In this document: piece after piece, positions 27,365 through 41,372 of the stretch | How the letters are laid out: each line of letters opens with the position of its first letter | Numbering within the stretch: position 1 is the first letter of the stretch | Assembly: GCA_964016885.1 (NCBI GenBank) | Contig: OZ024742.1 | Span: forward strand, 367,474,001 to 367,538,000 | DNA from: Eledone cirrhosa | Lineage: Eukaryota | DNA: 64,000 nucleotides | Reading direction: 5' to 3' | Translations under genes and position numbers: made by a program | The notes under the pieces: generated by a model | Seen by the model: the letters and a program-made list of their open reading frames with translations, nothing else | Database searches by the model: none | Told to the model about the DNA's origin: nothing

Positions 27365-28300
27365 AAAATTAAATTACGGGTGTTATGTCAGAGAGACATA
27401 CGCCATATCCACTGTAGAATATGCACCAAGAATCCAATGAATAGATCCGAGCATTTTATATCAACTAGAAATTGATTGACATATATATATCTAAAATAAA
27501 CATATGAAACAATCACAGGGAATAATTTGTAAAAGTATGTAAGCATACATAGCTAGGTAGGTAACCAATTAAAGTTTAACTAGAACTTTAAATATAGATA
27601 CCTTATAAAGTGATTAATCTTCCTTGTATATATTTCAATAAAGAAATATATTTCACCATCAATCGATCGGTAAACCAAAGTAGCCAAATTACGAATTTTC
27701 AACAAGGGAGAAGATTTAACTATCTGTGTTTACACTGCAAATTCAAATCAGCGAATGACTAACAGCACGTGTTGGATTTTTTAAAAATACGCACATCGTG
27801 CCAGCTTCATCCCAGTGGCGTGGATAGGGTTATCGACAATTAGAAATAGCATAGCAGTCGAGTCCTTTCAACTGAGTTAGCTCTACAATTAAGGGGCCGT
27901 ATATATATCCAAATTAAATTAAGGGTGTCATGTTAGAGACCCATGCGCCATATCCACTGTAGAATATGCTCCAAGATTCCAATGAATATATCCGAGCATT
28001 TTATATCAACTAGAAATTGATTGACATATATATATATCTAAAATAAACATATGAAACAATCACAGGGAATAATTTGTAAAAGTGTGTAAGCACACATAGC
28101 TAGGTAGGTAACCAATTAAAGTTTAACTAGAACTTTAAATATAGATACCTTATAAATTGATTAATCTTCCTTGTATATATTTCATTAAAGAAATGTATTT
28201 CACCATCAATTGATCGGTAAACCACAGTAGCCAAATCCCGAATTTTCAACAAGGGAGAAGATTTAACTATCTGTGTTTAGACAGCAAATTCAAATTTGCG
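27365..28300 (-). repeat. Tandem ~547-bp unit inserted in the minisatellite, each copy with a hammerhead-like motif
   Basis: 27365-27755 is repeated at 27910-28300. Confidence 0.85.
27622..27707 (-). ncRNA. Type-I hammerhead-like motif, U3-A8 core (second copy at 28169-28254)
   Basis: CCUUG UUGAAAA [~59 nt] GAAA UAUA UA CAAGG; base of stem II is weak. Confidence 0.55.
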
Positions 28301-29695
28301 AATGAGTGAATGTATGTGTATTTGTGTAAAAGTATGTGTGAATGTATGTATATTTGTGTGAAAATATGTATATTTGTGTGAATGTATGTATGTTTGTGTG
28401 AATGTATGTATATTTGTGTGAAAGTATGTATATTTGTGTGAATTCTGTCCGTGAGAGTATATTTTATAAGTTTGTGTTTGCGCGATTATAGTTATATACT
28501 CATAATAGTTATATACTCATACATATATGTGTATGTATGTGCACAATCATACGCATCAGCGTGTAGAAAGTCATAATCTCACCCTCTCTCTCATCATAAA
28601 CTCTCTCTTTCTATATATATGGTAGTTGAAGTGGTGGTGGTGGTGGTGGCGACGATATACCGGAAGTGCAACTTTGAAAAGAAGTCAATTTTAAATTATT
28701 TATTTTTACGAAATTATTTTTGTTTACGAAATTTAGTAGATAAATTATGTAATATTCCTTCATTATTTATTCAAAGTAATCCAACTTATTTTACAAACGG
28801 GATGAAAAAAAAAATAAACCGTACGCAATCCCGCAGACCTTTATTATAGTTTAGATGTTCACCACATACACTAGCAAAAGACCGCCTGACGAGGGGTATT
28901 TCTACTGTGTACTCACATACATATACATGTGTCTGTGTCTGTGTGTGTGTGCGTGTGCATGTGCATGTGTGTGTATGTGTGCGCGCGCGTGTGTGTCTGT
29001 GTGTGTGCGCGCGTGTGCGTCTCTGTGTGTGTATATATGCGCCGATGTTTCCCGTTACTTAGAGGTTCGATCAAAGACAGGAGATCGATGAAATAAGTAC
29101 CAGGCGTGAAATAATAATTATAATGATCGATATGATCGACTAAGTTAAGGAGGTACCCCAGAAGGGGAGCAATCTAACGACTGACATTAGTAAAAGACTA
29201 GGGTCGTAGAAGACTGACAGAGGCTGGGAGTGAGGGTCTCAGCTGATTAATCTTGCAATAAACATGATTAAATTGATTGGAAAGAAAAAGTTCTTACTAA
29301 TCTTTTTAAAAGTCGATTATTGAATTATTTTACCCCTGGATTACTTTGGTAAGACATCCAAGCATGAAATTGGACGATTCCATTATAAGTAGAGGGAGGC
29401 TGTGTTTGTGGCGAGGGTAGCAAAATACAGTTATAGAAAATTACAAAATATCAACCAGGAAAATTACCATTAAGTGTGTGTGTATATATATATATATATA
29501 CACACACATATATATAAATATATGTGGGTTTGTGTGCGTTTGTGTGTCCGTGTGTCTGTGTGTCTGTGTGCCTGTGATTGTACATATATATATATATGCA
29601 TGTCTGTGTATATATACATATATATGTGTGTGTGTTTGTGTGTGTGTCTGTGTGTATGTGTTTTTGAGTGTGTGTGTGTGTGTATGTGTGTGTAT

Positions 29696-29734
<39 letters not shown>

Positions 29735-29954
29735 CATCAGGCTTTTCTTTTTGGGCTATGTAAGCCTAACTTAAAAACGTTTGTTACATTTTGGGGTAAA
29801 AATGTTAAATAGACATAAAGATAAACAAACCTAATAAGATCTCCTGTCATAAATTATCAAATAATAATTTCCACTTGAGCAACATTCTGAAGTTGTCTTC
29901 AATTGAAACGTGAGATAAACATGAGAGAAGGTTCGTTGGGGAAGGGGGGGGGGT

Positions 29955-30400
29955 AGAAGGGGGTTCCATTGACGATCTAAAGTTGTCAGTTCGATTCCCG
30001 GGTATGTGGTGAGCTGTGTACTTGAGCAAGACACTTTATTTCACGTTAGGGAGTGGTTAGAAGGAGGTTCCATTGACGATCTAAAGATGTCAGTTGGATT
30101 CCCGGGTCATATGGTGAGCTGTGTCCTTGAGCAAGACACTTTATTTCACCTTGTCCTCCAGTCCATACATGAGTTCGATTCCCGGGTCATGTGGTAGGCT
30201 GTGTCCTTGAGCAAGACTCTTTATTTCACGTTGTGCCTCCAGTTCATTCGTGAGTTCGATTCCCGGTTCATATGGTGAGCTGTGTCCTTGAGCAAGACAC
30301 TTTATTTCACCTTGTCCTCCAGTCCATTCGTGAGTTCGATTCCCGGGTCATATGGTGAGCTGTGTCCTTGAGCATGACACTTTATTTCACGTTGCTCCTT
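29955..30400 (+). repeat. Tandem array (5 units, ~80-100 bp) of B-box plus CORE-like SINE segment
   Basis: GAGTTCGATTCCCGGGTCATATGGTGAGCTGTGTCCTTGAGCAAGACACTTTATTTCAC repeated. Confidence 0.85.
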
Positions 30401-31519
30401 CTGCCAGGCATTGCGGCCAGTAGATAGTATCCGCAATGGAAGGACCCATGAGAATATTGATTCCTTGGTCTGATTTTGCAAGTTCCACGCCACTGTAAGC
30501 AAACGATGCCTGAGATCTTGTAAATCGCTTCTATTGATTTGTATTTCAAAGAGATAGTCAACCTTGTCACAGACTGTGATACGGTGAGTCACACAAAACA
30601 CTAAATAACTCTGGAATACTCAGCCACGTTCACTATATTACAAGATGGAGTTTACCTGTAATTTAAAGGGACAGCCTTGTCACACAAACTATGACATACT
30701 GAATCTCCCTGAGAACTAGGAGGCACGTGTATGTGTAATGCAGGTTGTTCCCTTGTTCGAACAACTAAAAGATTCATCGCCCGTACCGACGCAAGACCAG
30801 TTAATTTTCAATTCAGCAAAATTCTGTGGTTTTATTCAAGTGTAAGTTAAATATTATGTAAAGATTCGTTGAAAGGTCGAGGGACGTTGAGAATGTAAGT
30901 GGGAGTGTGGGAGTTGGTGAGTGTGTCAGTGTGTCATTGTGTGTATACGTGTTACTGTTTATGTTAGTGTATATATGTTTGTAAATGTTAGTCTGAGTTT
31001 CTGTGTCTTTTTGTGTGATTTTGTGTGGCCGTGTGTATGTGTTGGTGTATGTGTGTGTCTGTGATGGTTTGTTATTGAGTTAGTGTGTGTAAAAATTGGT
31101 AATAGTTTAATTATAATAACATTTCGCTTTACTCCGGGGGGTCTTTCCGGCATCTAAATGCAATTCCTTGAAGGCCAGCTCCTTAGGTTAAAAGAGTAAT
31201 AAATAAAAATTTGAAAAAAATAAAATGTTTCGATAACATTTAGAATCGTGGTTGTTATTTATTGGGGAACATTATTAAAAGTATAATTTATCGCTGAACT
31301 GGTTTACAATGACAGATATTCATTGGAAATAAATTCTAGGGAATTCCTACATAAACGGATAAAAAGAAAATATATTTTCCCTAAAGATATTTATTTCTCT
31401 TAATAGAAAGTGAAGCACATACAGACATACAGACAGCGAGGTTACGTGGATAAACAGAGGAAATATATATGAGGAAAAATGGTTTGGTGATGCGCAGTGA
31501 CGATAGATAGATATATAGA

Positions 31520-32694
31520 TAAATTTCTTTATTAGCCACAAGGGCACAAAAGAAGGGGACAAATACAAATGGGGAGTTTACATACAGGTATGTGAAAATA
31601 AAACTATTAATACAATAACAAATAACAATTGAAATCCCCAATAGGGGGGAGGTGTTACAGAGGGGTTGTACACACCCCGAAGAAATGTACAACCCTCATC
31701 TCCAGGAGCAACAAGAGTGAGTACTCCCTTCCTCTCTTCCTCTTTTTCCTCAACCTACAGGCTTATATAGAGAGAAGGCCCAACCACTCGGGCCATCTTT
31801 GCCATATTCACCATCCTTTTATAAAATTTGCTGGGGTACAGCACCTCTCTCTCCATCCTGATTCTTCTTCCAAAATGATATTTGAAAAAATGAATCAGTT
31901 GCTCGCCGGAGAGAAAGGTGTCTGACCTCAGCCCTTTTAACCTCGTCCACCATATAACCTCTTTCACCATAGCCATAAAACATAGGAAAACCGCCTCTCC
32001 CTCGTTTTTGAAGGAGGGTGGCGATTTGATCATGACAATGGACTCGGTGGTCAACTGGATTGGTCCCACCCGCGACAATAGTCGTTCTACATAGCCCCAC
32101 AGGTCGATAACGCCCGGCAGTGTACGAATGCGTGCGCGACGGTTTCCTCGTCGCGCACGCATCTCGGACAAATCTTTTTCGAAGGGTCCCTACCCGGGCA
32201 CCCGTGTCTGTAGAGCTTGTCTCGAACTGGTAGAGCTCCTCGGTAGCACTGCCAGGCCATGGACTTTTGCAAGTTGTCCATTGGTCCCGGGCGGAAGGTC
32301 CTACCGAACAGACTGGCCAGTTCATCCTCCTCTACGCCTAGAGTTTCTCCGAACGTGTCGTCGCACTTGCTGCGGACCAACCCTCTATAGAATGTCGAAG
32401 TGGAGTCTCCACTTATCGCCGGATCCGTTTTCCAGAGGACTGAGCGCCTGAGCACATTCGATATGCCAGTCGCCCATTTTCCTCGGTCTTTGCTTGACCC
32501 AGGTCTGCAGCTCGGTCAGCGAGACGAGTCGTGGGAAGGCTCGCCTCACGAACAGGGCCCACACCGGTTGTCTGGTGAGGAATACGTGGAGGTGCCGCAG
32601 CCTGAGCGCGTGTTTGCGCATCGTCAGCCACGTTGAAGGGTCTTGGCAGCAGATGGATCTTCTCACCAAAAGAGCCCGTTTCTTCCAAAGGAAG
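31520..32694 (-). mobile_element. Tx1-clade LINE, 5'-truncated copy A
   Basis: C-terminal ORF2 (CPRC..ETVAH..HC, KEVIWWTRLKG) plus 3' UTR; GATA repeats at both ends. Confidence 0.85.
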
Positions 32695-32709
32695 ATAGAT
32701 AGATAGATA

Positions 32710-35483
32710 ATTTTCTTTTTGTTTGCCACCAGGGCATCAAAAAGTGGGACAAGTACAATGGGGGGAGTTTACATAACAAGGCGTCCTCAATAAGGAGGAG
32801 GCAATAACAATATATAAAAATAAAATAAAATATAAATCCTCAATAGAGAGGAGACGCCTTGGGGGTTCTCACACACCCCCGAAAAAAAGTGCGCAACCCT
32901 TCTCCTCAGGAGCACAGAGATGGGGTGCTCCCTTGGTCTTTCATCTTCCTCACCTATAGTCTGATGTAGAGTGAAGGCCCATTCACACGGGCCATTCTCG
33001 CCACTTTCACCCATCTTTCATAGAAACGGCTGGGGTGCAGCACCTCTCTCTCAATCCTGATCCTTCTTCCGAAATGATATCGGAAGAAACGAACCAGTTG
33101 TTGGCCAGAGAGAAAGGTGTCTGACCTCAGTCCTTTCAGACGCGTCCACCATACAACTTCTTTCGCCATGGCTATTACGCACAGAAACACCGCCTCTCCT
33201 TCGTTTTTGAAGAGGGGAGGCGGCTTGATCGTTACAATAGACTCGGTGGTCAACCGGATCGGTCCCACCTTTGACAGCAGTTGTTCGACATAGCCCCACA
33301 GATCAGCAATGCCCGAGCAGTGTACCAATGCGTGTGCAACGGTTTCCTCGTCGCACACGCATCTGGGACAGATCTTTTTCGAGGGGTCCCTACCCGGGCG
33401 CCCGTGTCTGTAAGCCTTTCTCGAATGGGCAGAGCCCTTCTGTAGCACTGCCAGGCCAGGGACCTCTGGAAGTTATCCATGGGTCCCGGGCTGAATGTCC
33501 TACCGAACAGGTTGGCCAGTTCGTCTTCCTCCATGCCTAGGGCTTCTCCGAGGGCGTCGTCGCACCTGCTAACCACCAGCCCTCTATAGAATGACGAGGT
33601 GGATTCTCCACTGACAGCCGGGTCCGCCTGCCAGAGAGCCGTGAGCGCCTGGGCACACTCGGTGTGCCAGGCGCCCAGTTTTCTCGGTCTTTGCTTGACC
33701 CAGGATTGCAGCTCGGTGAGTGAGACGAGTCTGGGAAAGGCTCGCCTCACAAACGGGGCCCACACCGGTTGACCGGTGAGGAATACCTGGAGGTGCTGTA
33801 GCCTTAATGCGTGTTTACGTATCATTAGCCACGGCATCCCCAGCCCTCCTTTCGAAGGGTGTTGACAGCAGATGGATCACCTCACCATAGGAGCCCGCTT
33901 CTTCCAAAGGAATTGGAAGAGTGCGCGCTCCATTTTGGCGAGCATTTCCCTTGGGCAGGGCACTACGGTCAGGCGGTAGTAGATGACGGGCGCTATATAA
34001 GTGTTCGCCACCTCCGCCCGACCTTTCAGTGACAGTTTGCACTCGGCCCACTTCTGGGTCAGTGCAAACACCCTGTTCGTTACCTCACCCCAGTTCTTCT
34101 CCACCTGGAGGTCTGGTCCGAACCAGACCCCGAGCAACTTCACCGGGCCCTCCGTCCAGCGCCCGACGACGCCATCGGAGGGCATCGATCTGCCCCTCCA
34201 CGTGCCGAGTTGCAGACCGATCGACTTGTCCCGGTTCAGCTTAGCCCCTCTAAACCTTTCGTACTCCTCCAGTAAGGTGCCGATCGCCCGATTTCCGAGG
34301 CCGTCGACACCATTACTGTTACGTCGTCGGCGTAGGGCGACACCGCTTTCCGCAATCCCGGTTCCAACGGGATGCCCTGCAATAACTCCAACTTCCGCAG
34401 CAGTGGCTCTAGAGTCAACACATACAGAAGGGAGGAGAGAGGGCACCCTTGTCGGATGGACCGCGCGATTTCGAACGGCTCCGAGAGGTAGCCGTTCACC
34501 TTGACCCTAGAGCAGAGTGGCTGCTGTGCATGGCATTGATCCAGCCCCTGAAAACGGGTCCGAAGCCTGCCGCCACTAGCACCGCATCCAGGTAACCATG
34601 GTCGACCCTATCGAACGCCTTAGATTGATCAAAGTTGATCAGAGCCCCACCAAAGCCGGGTTCGTTCCCAACCCTCTCTATGATGTATCGCATGAGGTGG
34701 AGGTTGTCGTGGATGGACCTGGACAGGATGGCACATGTCTGCGCATCTCCCACCAGGTTGCCCACGACAAGCGCCAACCTCTTTGCTAGCACCTTGTCCA
34801 AAACCTGTAACTCTGTATTTAGCAGAGTTATGGGCCTGAAATTATTTATATCGTCCCCCTTGTTCTCGTCCTTCCTCACTAGCGTGACTACGCCCTTGGT
34901 CACAGCACAGGGAATTCTCCCGTTCTGTTGCCAGTTGCAGTAGACCGCCTCGAGGAGATCGGGGAACAAGTCCGGCATAGCTAGATATAGTTCGTATGGA
35001 AGACCATCGAGACCCGGAGATTTGCGTTTGCCGCATTGGCTCAGCACGTCCTCTATCTCAGCGGCTGAAATCGGCTCCTCGCAGGACTTCGCCTCCCTGT
35101 CTGAAAGACGCGGCAGGCCGTCGAGTTATGGACCGAAGTCCACTTCCCCAACCGGCTCCCCGCCCCTTCCGACAATCTGGCAAAGTGCTTTTGAAAAGCC
35201 TCGCACATCTGCTTAGGTTCAAGGATCACTCGTCCATCCTGGTCTCGCAAAGACCGGATAGTGGATCTACTCCCTCTTTTGGCTTCTGTCACGCGGGCCC
35301 AGCTAACAGCTTTGGTCCCCTCGTTTCCCAGAGCACGTATTTTGCTTCGGACGATGCAGCCTTCGTGTTTCGCGTCGAAGAACTGGCCCAGGGCCGTTCT
35401 CGACGCTAGCACTCTGGCCACGTCGCCGCTTCTAATTGCCTCTTCTACACTATCTACCAGCTCCCTTTCCTTCCTATTTCTAT
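32710..35483 (-). mobile_element. Tx1-clade LINE, 5'-truncated copy B
   Basis: KSPGLDGLP, NFRPITLLN, DQSKAFDRVDH, RQGCPLS, YADDV, CCHC finger; frameshifted; GATA repeats at both ends. Confidence 0.9.
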
Positions 35484-35488
<5 letters not shown>

Positions 35489-35515
<27 letters not shown>

Positions 35516-35560
35516 TATAGATAGATAGATAGATAGATAGATAGAGAGATAGAGAGAGAT

Positions 35561-35618
<58 letters not shown>
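35489..35618. repeat. (GATA)n microsatellite between Tx1 copies
   Basis: Direct reading. Confidence 0.95.
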
Positions 35619-35620
<2 letters not shown>

Positions 35621-35854
35621 ATTTCTATTTATTTGCCACGAGGGCACAAAAGAAGGGGACAAATACACAGTGGGGGAGTTTACATAAATCGAGTAAAGAA
35701 AAAGGAATAACAATAATAATATAATAATAAAAAGTCCTCAAAAGGTAGGGGGCGTGTTCGGGATTGCACATACCCCCGAAAAGTGTGCAACCCTTTTCGC
35801 GGGGGAAGCCCAGAGAGGAGGCGCTCCCCCTTTCCTATTCAATTCTTCACCTAC

Positions 35855-38800
35855 AGAACAATGTAGAGAGAAGGCCCATTTACACGAGCCATTCTCGCTT
35901 CTTTCACCCACCTTTAATAAAACTGTCTGGGGCCAAGCACTTCTCTCTCCATCCTGATCCTTCTTCCGAAGTGGTATCGGAAGAAGTAAACCAGGTGATG
36001 GCCGGAGAGAAAGTCACCCGACCTCAGACCTTTCAGGCGCGTCCACCACACAACCTCTTTCATCATGGCTATTACGCACAGAAAGACCGCCTCTGCTTCG
36101 TTTCTGAAGGGAGGCGGCGGCTTGATGTTCACCACAGACTCGGCGGTTAATCGAATCGGCGCCACACGCGACAGCAGTCGTTCGACGTAGCCCCACAGAT
36201 CGGCAACGCCCGGGCAGTGTACCAGTGCATGCGCAACGGTTTCCTCGTCGCGCACGCATCTGGGACAGATCTTTTTCGCTGGATCCCTGCACGGGCGCCC
36301 GTGTCTGTAGAGCTTTTCTCGAACGGGCAGAGCCCCCCGGTAACACTGCCAGGCTAGGGACCTCTGGAAGTTGTCCATGGGTCCCGGGCCGAAAGTTCTA
36401 CCGAACAGGCTGGCCAGTTCGTCCTCCTCCATGCCTAGCGACTCTCCAAGGGTGTCGTCGCCCCTGCTAGCCACCAGCCCTCTATAGAATGTCGAGGTGG
36501 ATTCTCCACTGACAGTCGGGTCCGCTTGCCAGATAGCCGTCAGCGCCTGGGCACACTCGGTGTGCCAGTTGCCCAGTTTTCTCGGTCTTTGCTTCACCCA
36601 GGATTGCAGCTCGGTGAGCGAGACGAGCTGTGGGAAGGCTCGCCTCACAAACGGGGCCCACACCGGCTGACCGGTGAGGAATACCTGTAGATGCCGTAGC
36701 CTCAATGCGTGCCTACGCATCAACAGCCACGGCATACCCAGCCCTCCTTTCGAAGGGTGCTGGCAGCAGATGGATCTCCTCACCATGGGAGGCCGCTTCT
36801 TCCAGAGGAACTGGAAGAGCATGCGTTCCATGATGGTGATCTTTTCCTTGGGGCAAGGCACGACGGTCAGGCGGTAGCAGATGACGGACGCTATGTAAGC
36901 GTTCGTCACCTCCGCCCGACCTTTCAGTGATAGTTTGCACTTGGCCCACTTCTGGGTCAGCGCAAACACCCTGCTCGTCACCTAGCCCAAATTCTTCTCC
37001 ACCTGGAGGTCCGGTCCGAACCAGACCCCGAGCAGCTTCACCGGGCCCTCCGTCCACCGCCCGACGACACCGTCTAACGGCATCGGTTTGCCCCTCCACG
37101 TTCCGAGTTGCAAACCGACTGACTTGTCCCGGTTCAGCCTAGCCCCCGTCAGCCTTTCGTATTCCTCCAGTAGGGTGGCGATCGCCCCGATTTCCGAGGC
37201 GTCCGCCACCATTACTGTTACGTCGTCGGCATAGACCGAGACCGCTTTGTGCAATCCCGGTTCCAGGGGTATGCCCCGCAGCAACTCCAACTTCCGCAGC
37301 AGTGGCTCGAGAGTCAATACGTACAGAAGGGAGGAGAGGGGGTACCCCTGTCTGATGGACCGGGTGATTTGAAACGACTCCGAGAGGTAGCCGTTTACTT
37401 TAATCCTAGAGTAGATGTTGCCACTGTGCATGGCAGAAATCCAGCCCCTGAAAACGGGTCCGAAGCCCGCCGCCGCTAGCACCGCATCCAGGTAACCATG
37501 GTCGACCCTATCGAACGCCTTAGATTGATCCAAGTTGATCAGGGCCCCACCAAAGCCGGGTTCGTTTCCAACCCTCTCTATGATGTATCGCATGAGGTGG
37601 AGGTTGTCGTGAATGGACCTGGACGGGATAGCGCATGTCTGCGCGTCTCCCACCAAACCACCCACCACAAGCGCCAACCTCTTCGCCAACACCTTGGCCA
37701 AAATCTGTAACTCTGCATTCAGCAGAGTTATGGGCCTAAAGTTACTTAAGTCGTCCCCCTTGCTCTCGTCCTTCCTCACTAGCGTGACCACGCCCTTGGT
37801 CACAGAACAGGGAATTCTCCCGTTCTGTTGCCAGTTGCAATAGACAGCCTCGAGGAGTTCGGAGAACAAGACCGGCATAGCTAAATAAAGTTCGTATGGT
37901 AGACCATCGAGACCCGGAGATTTACGTCTGCTGCATTGGCTGAGCGCTTCCCCGATTTCAGTGGCTGTGATTGGCCTTTCGCAGCACTCCGCTTCGCCGC
38001 TCGAAAGACGCGGTAGACCGTCGAGGTATGGACCGAAGTCCACATCCCCGTCCGGCCCCCCGCCCCCTCCGAACAGTCGAGCAAAGTGCCTTTGAAAGGC
38101 CTCGCACATCCGCTCAGGTTCAAGGATCACCCGTCCATCCTGGTCTCGCAAAGACCGAATGGTGGATTTAATCCCACTCTTGGCTTCTGTCACGCGGGCC
38201 CAGCTAACAGCTTTGGTCCCCTCGTTTCCTAAAGCACGTATTTTACTTCGGACAACGCAGCCTTCGTGCTTCGTGTCAAAGAACTGGCTCAACGCCGTTC
38301 TCGCCGCTAACACTCTGGCTACGTCTCCGCTCCTAATCGCCTCTTCTAGTTTATCTGTTAACTCCCTTTCCTTCCTATTTCTATTCGCCGCTAGTTCCTT
38401 ACTGTAACCTATCGAACTTACTCTAATCTCTCTCTTTAGAGATACCCACCACCTACTGTTGACAATCGCTCCCGTCAACCGCATCTTAACTAAGCTACTA
38501 ATCCGGTTCCTGTAATCTTTCTTTGCCGGCAAGGACAAGTTCATCTTCCAGTAACCGGGACCCTGTCTATGCGTTCTATCAAGGTTGACCACGCAGGTCA
38601 CTAATTTGTGATCTGAATAGCCAACCATGATCAATTCTGGACAACTAAATACGTCCCTATCCTTACTCCTAACCAAAAACCTATCTAGGTACGATCTAGA
38701 TTGTCCACTGCGGTTTGCCCAGGTCCAGGTTGGCGCAGTTGGACAATCTAGTCGAAATCTATCGACCAGGTCGAATCTATCGAGTAACCCCTTGAGGCTG

Positions 38801-39283
38801 CTACACCCCCCTCTATCGTGACATGCCCCTGCATAGTCCCAACGCGCATCTAGGATTCCATTCCAGTCCCCCACTAAAAGCAGGGAACGCGACGTTCCTA
38901 GAAAAGTCTCCAGACGCTGGAAGAAGTCGGCTCTTTCAGCCCCGAAGGGGACATAAAGACCGACCAGTCTGAAAGCCCCGCCTTCACCGCCTCCGACGTC
39001 CAGCACCAGTATTCGACCCCCCGGGTCCGAGTGAACAATCTGTACGTCGAGAGCCAGACGTTTATCCAGCAGTACGGCAACTCCCCCCCCCCCCGCCTCC
39101 GGGTTGACAGAGAGATGCGTGCATCTCAAAGTTATCGAAGGCGGGAGCCAGCTGTCGCACGCTGCTGATCCGACTCTCGCAAACAACCATCACATCTATA
39201 CTTCGTGACCTGAGGTCACTTAGTAGCTTTGCTTGCTTCCAAGCTGAGCCCAGGCCACGCGCGTTCAAACAGCCAACTCTCAA
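35855..39283 (-). pseudogene. Tx1 ORF2: apurinic endonuclease, reverse transcriptase and CCHC finger
   Basis: LNARGL, VCES, GDWN, YLDRFLV, YSDHKLV; KAFDRVDH, RQGYPLS, YADDV; CPRC..H..HC; frameshift in the C-run near 39090, break at about 36982. Confidence 0.9.
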
Positions 39284-39299
39284 TTGATCTATTTTGGTG

Positions 39300-41171
39300 T
39301 TGAAAGTGAAGAAAGAAAAGCACTTACCTCTCCGGGTTGTGTAATTTCCATGGCGTCAGGTGTGTTGGGTGGAGGGATGTTTTGTGGTGGTGTGGGGTGC
39401 CCGAGTGTGGTTGGGTTGGGGTGTTTGGAGTTGTGTCAGGGAGAGGGGAGGTTATGGGGAAATCTTTCAAGAGGACGCGATTTAACGGTTTTAAACAGGG
39501 GGGGCTCACGTCCTGTCTAAATTGTTCTTTTAAGGAACGATAAAGGTCCAGAGGGACCTTTATCATTTTTAAATGGGTGAAGTTCTCTGTTGAGATAAAG
39601 TTTGGCCCTTCGGTCTGCACCAAAGGGCTATTGTTTATTAATTTAAACAGTTTTTTGTTTTCTTTATTTATATATGTGTATTGCAATGTCTTTTTTTGTG
39701 ATGCTGTCAATGTTTCGGAGAGGGGAGGCGCAGATTTATTTTTGTTTGTTGAGGGTGGGGTGTTTTTTATTGGAGTTGGTGTTTGTGTGTGGGTTATTTG
39801 TGGTGTGCTGGGTGTGTGCTTTCTTTTTTTTCTTTTAACTTGTCTGAAGGCTTCTCCTCCTTCTTCTTCAGAAGTTGGGGGAAACTCTTCAGCGCTAGGT
39901 GGGAGGGACGTCGTGTCTGGTTGTTTTTTTGCGGGAGGGGTAGATTTGTTGCTGTTTTTTTTTATTATTTGTTTGGAATGCGTTTTGTGGTGGTGGTGGT
40001 GGTGCTGTTTGTGTCGTGCTTGTGGTTGCTAATGGTGGTGATGGTGTTTGTGTTGGTGATGGTGGTGGTGATTTTTGTGTCGAGCTTGTGTTTGCTGCTG
40101 GTGGTGGTGATGTGCTTGGTGGTGTTTGTATTTTGTTTGCTGTGTGTGGTATTAGTGTATTTTTGGAGGTGGGTGGTGTTGGTGTACTGTTTGTGGTGGG
40201 TGTGGGCAATAGTCCTTTTTGGGGGACACGTTTCGGGCAGTTAGCCTTAATGTGTCCCCTTTCCATGCATAAATAGCATGCTGGTCTTCTCCCCTCTACA
40301 ATTATATCTATTCGGGTGAGCTCATCCAGCCAGATGCAATCCGGTATTTGTGCTATTCTTTCGGGCCTCATTTGGACTAGTAGGTCGAGGCCCATTCCCA
40401 GGAACGCATCTCCGGATGCCTTCCCTATTGACAGCACTGTGTCCTCGCCCATGTCTATGAAGCCAGCAATAGCCCACCAGAAGTCCATTGTGGGCAGCAT
40501 TGTTTGTATTTTTACTCTCTGTGTTCTTCTACCCATGTAGGAGGGATAGAAGCTGTATGTTGTCGATGAGAGTGGGCTTATGGAAAGCTTCTCCGCCGTT
40601 TCCTTGTCTTTTGTTAGGACCGAAATGCTGCCATAGAGTCGGTCCTTTCGTATGAAGAGAATATTCTTCATATAGTCTTTTAGGACCAACTCTATCTCCA
40701 TTTGGCTGGGCTGTGCTGGCTTTCTTGTTTCGTTTAGGATTGTTCTGAAGAGAACTGTGTTCTCTGTTCTCGCTTTCTTGAATTCTGGGGGGGAGTTAAT
40801 GGAAAACATTCCATTTTCCCCCAATACAATGTGTTTCTTTGCTTCGGCCAATTTTTCTCTGGCGGCCGTTAGGTCAATTGGTGTGTATGTAATGGATTGT
40901 TTTGTTTTCTGGGCGAAAGTTGCCCTGTTGTTATTTGTATTATTTTCTGGGCGAAAGTTGCCCTGTTGTTATTTGTATTATTTTCTGTTTGTTTGTTTTC
41001 CGTTTGCTCATTTTCCTTAACATTTGTTTTTTCATTTTCTTTGTTTGTTTCGTTGTCTAATTTTGTTGTAATTATTTTTTGTTCTTCAGACTTGGGGGGC
41101 GTGGCAGAGCTAATGGCAGACATGTCTGCCATCTTTTCCGCCATGCTGCCAAGAACGAAATTTTTCGGCAA
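39300..41171 (-). pseudogene. Tx1 ORF1 (gag-like, CCHC knuckle, Pro/Thr-rich tail), frameshifted
   Basis: ORF 39895-40851 contains VEGRRPACYLCMERGHIKANCP; flanking ORFs 40869-41171 and 39324-39710. Confidence 0.8.
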
Positions 41172-41372
41172 AATTAGATATTTATTTTACCCCCTAAAAA
41201 GGGGGTAAATGCAAAAATGTTTCCCTAAATAACAGGGGTTAGTGTTCCAAATGTGTTGCACTGAAAAATTTATCCGGTACTTACAATAGTAAGGGTAAAT
41301 CCCGATGGAATAGCGGAGACGATGTGAAGCGTGTCTTACTCTATCAAGATAGATAGATAGATAGATAGATAG

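Larger units (their letters stand above)
35619..41346 (-). mobile_element. Full-length Tx1-clade LINE, copy C (ORF1 and ORF2, few disruptions)
   Basis: ORF1 with zinc knuckle; ORF2 APE-RT-CCHC; bounded by (GATA)n. Confidence 0.93.

Noticed and set aside
28885-28910. CTGACGA hammerhead core
   Set aside because: No downstream GAAA/stem III/stem I; it lies within a diverged CTAG palindrome relic
32128-41208. Numerous + strand ORFs over the Tx1 copies
   Set aside because: Antisense shadows of GC-rich retrotransposon coding sequence
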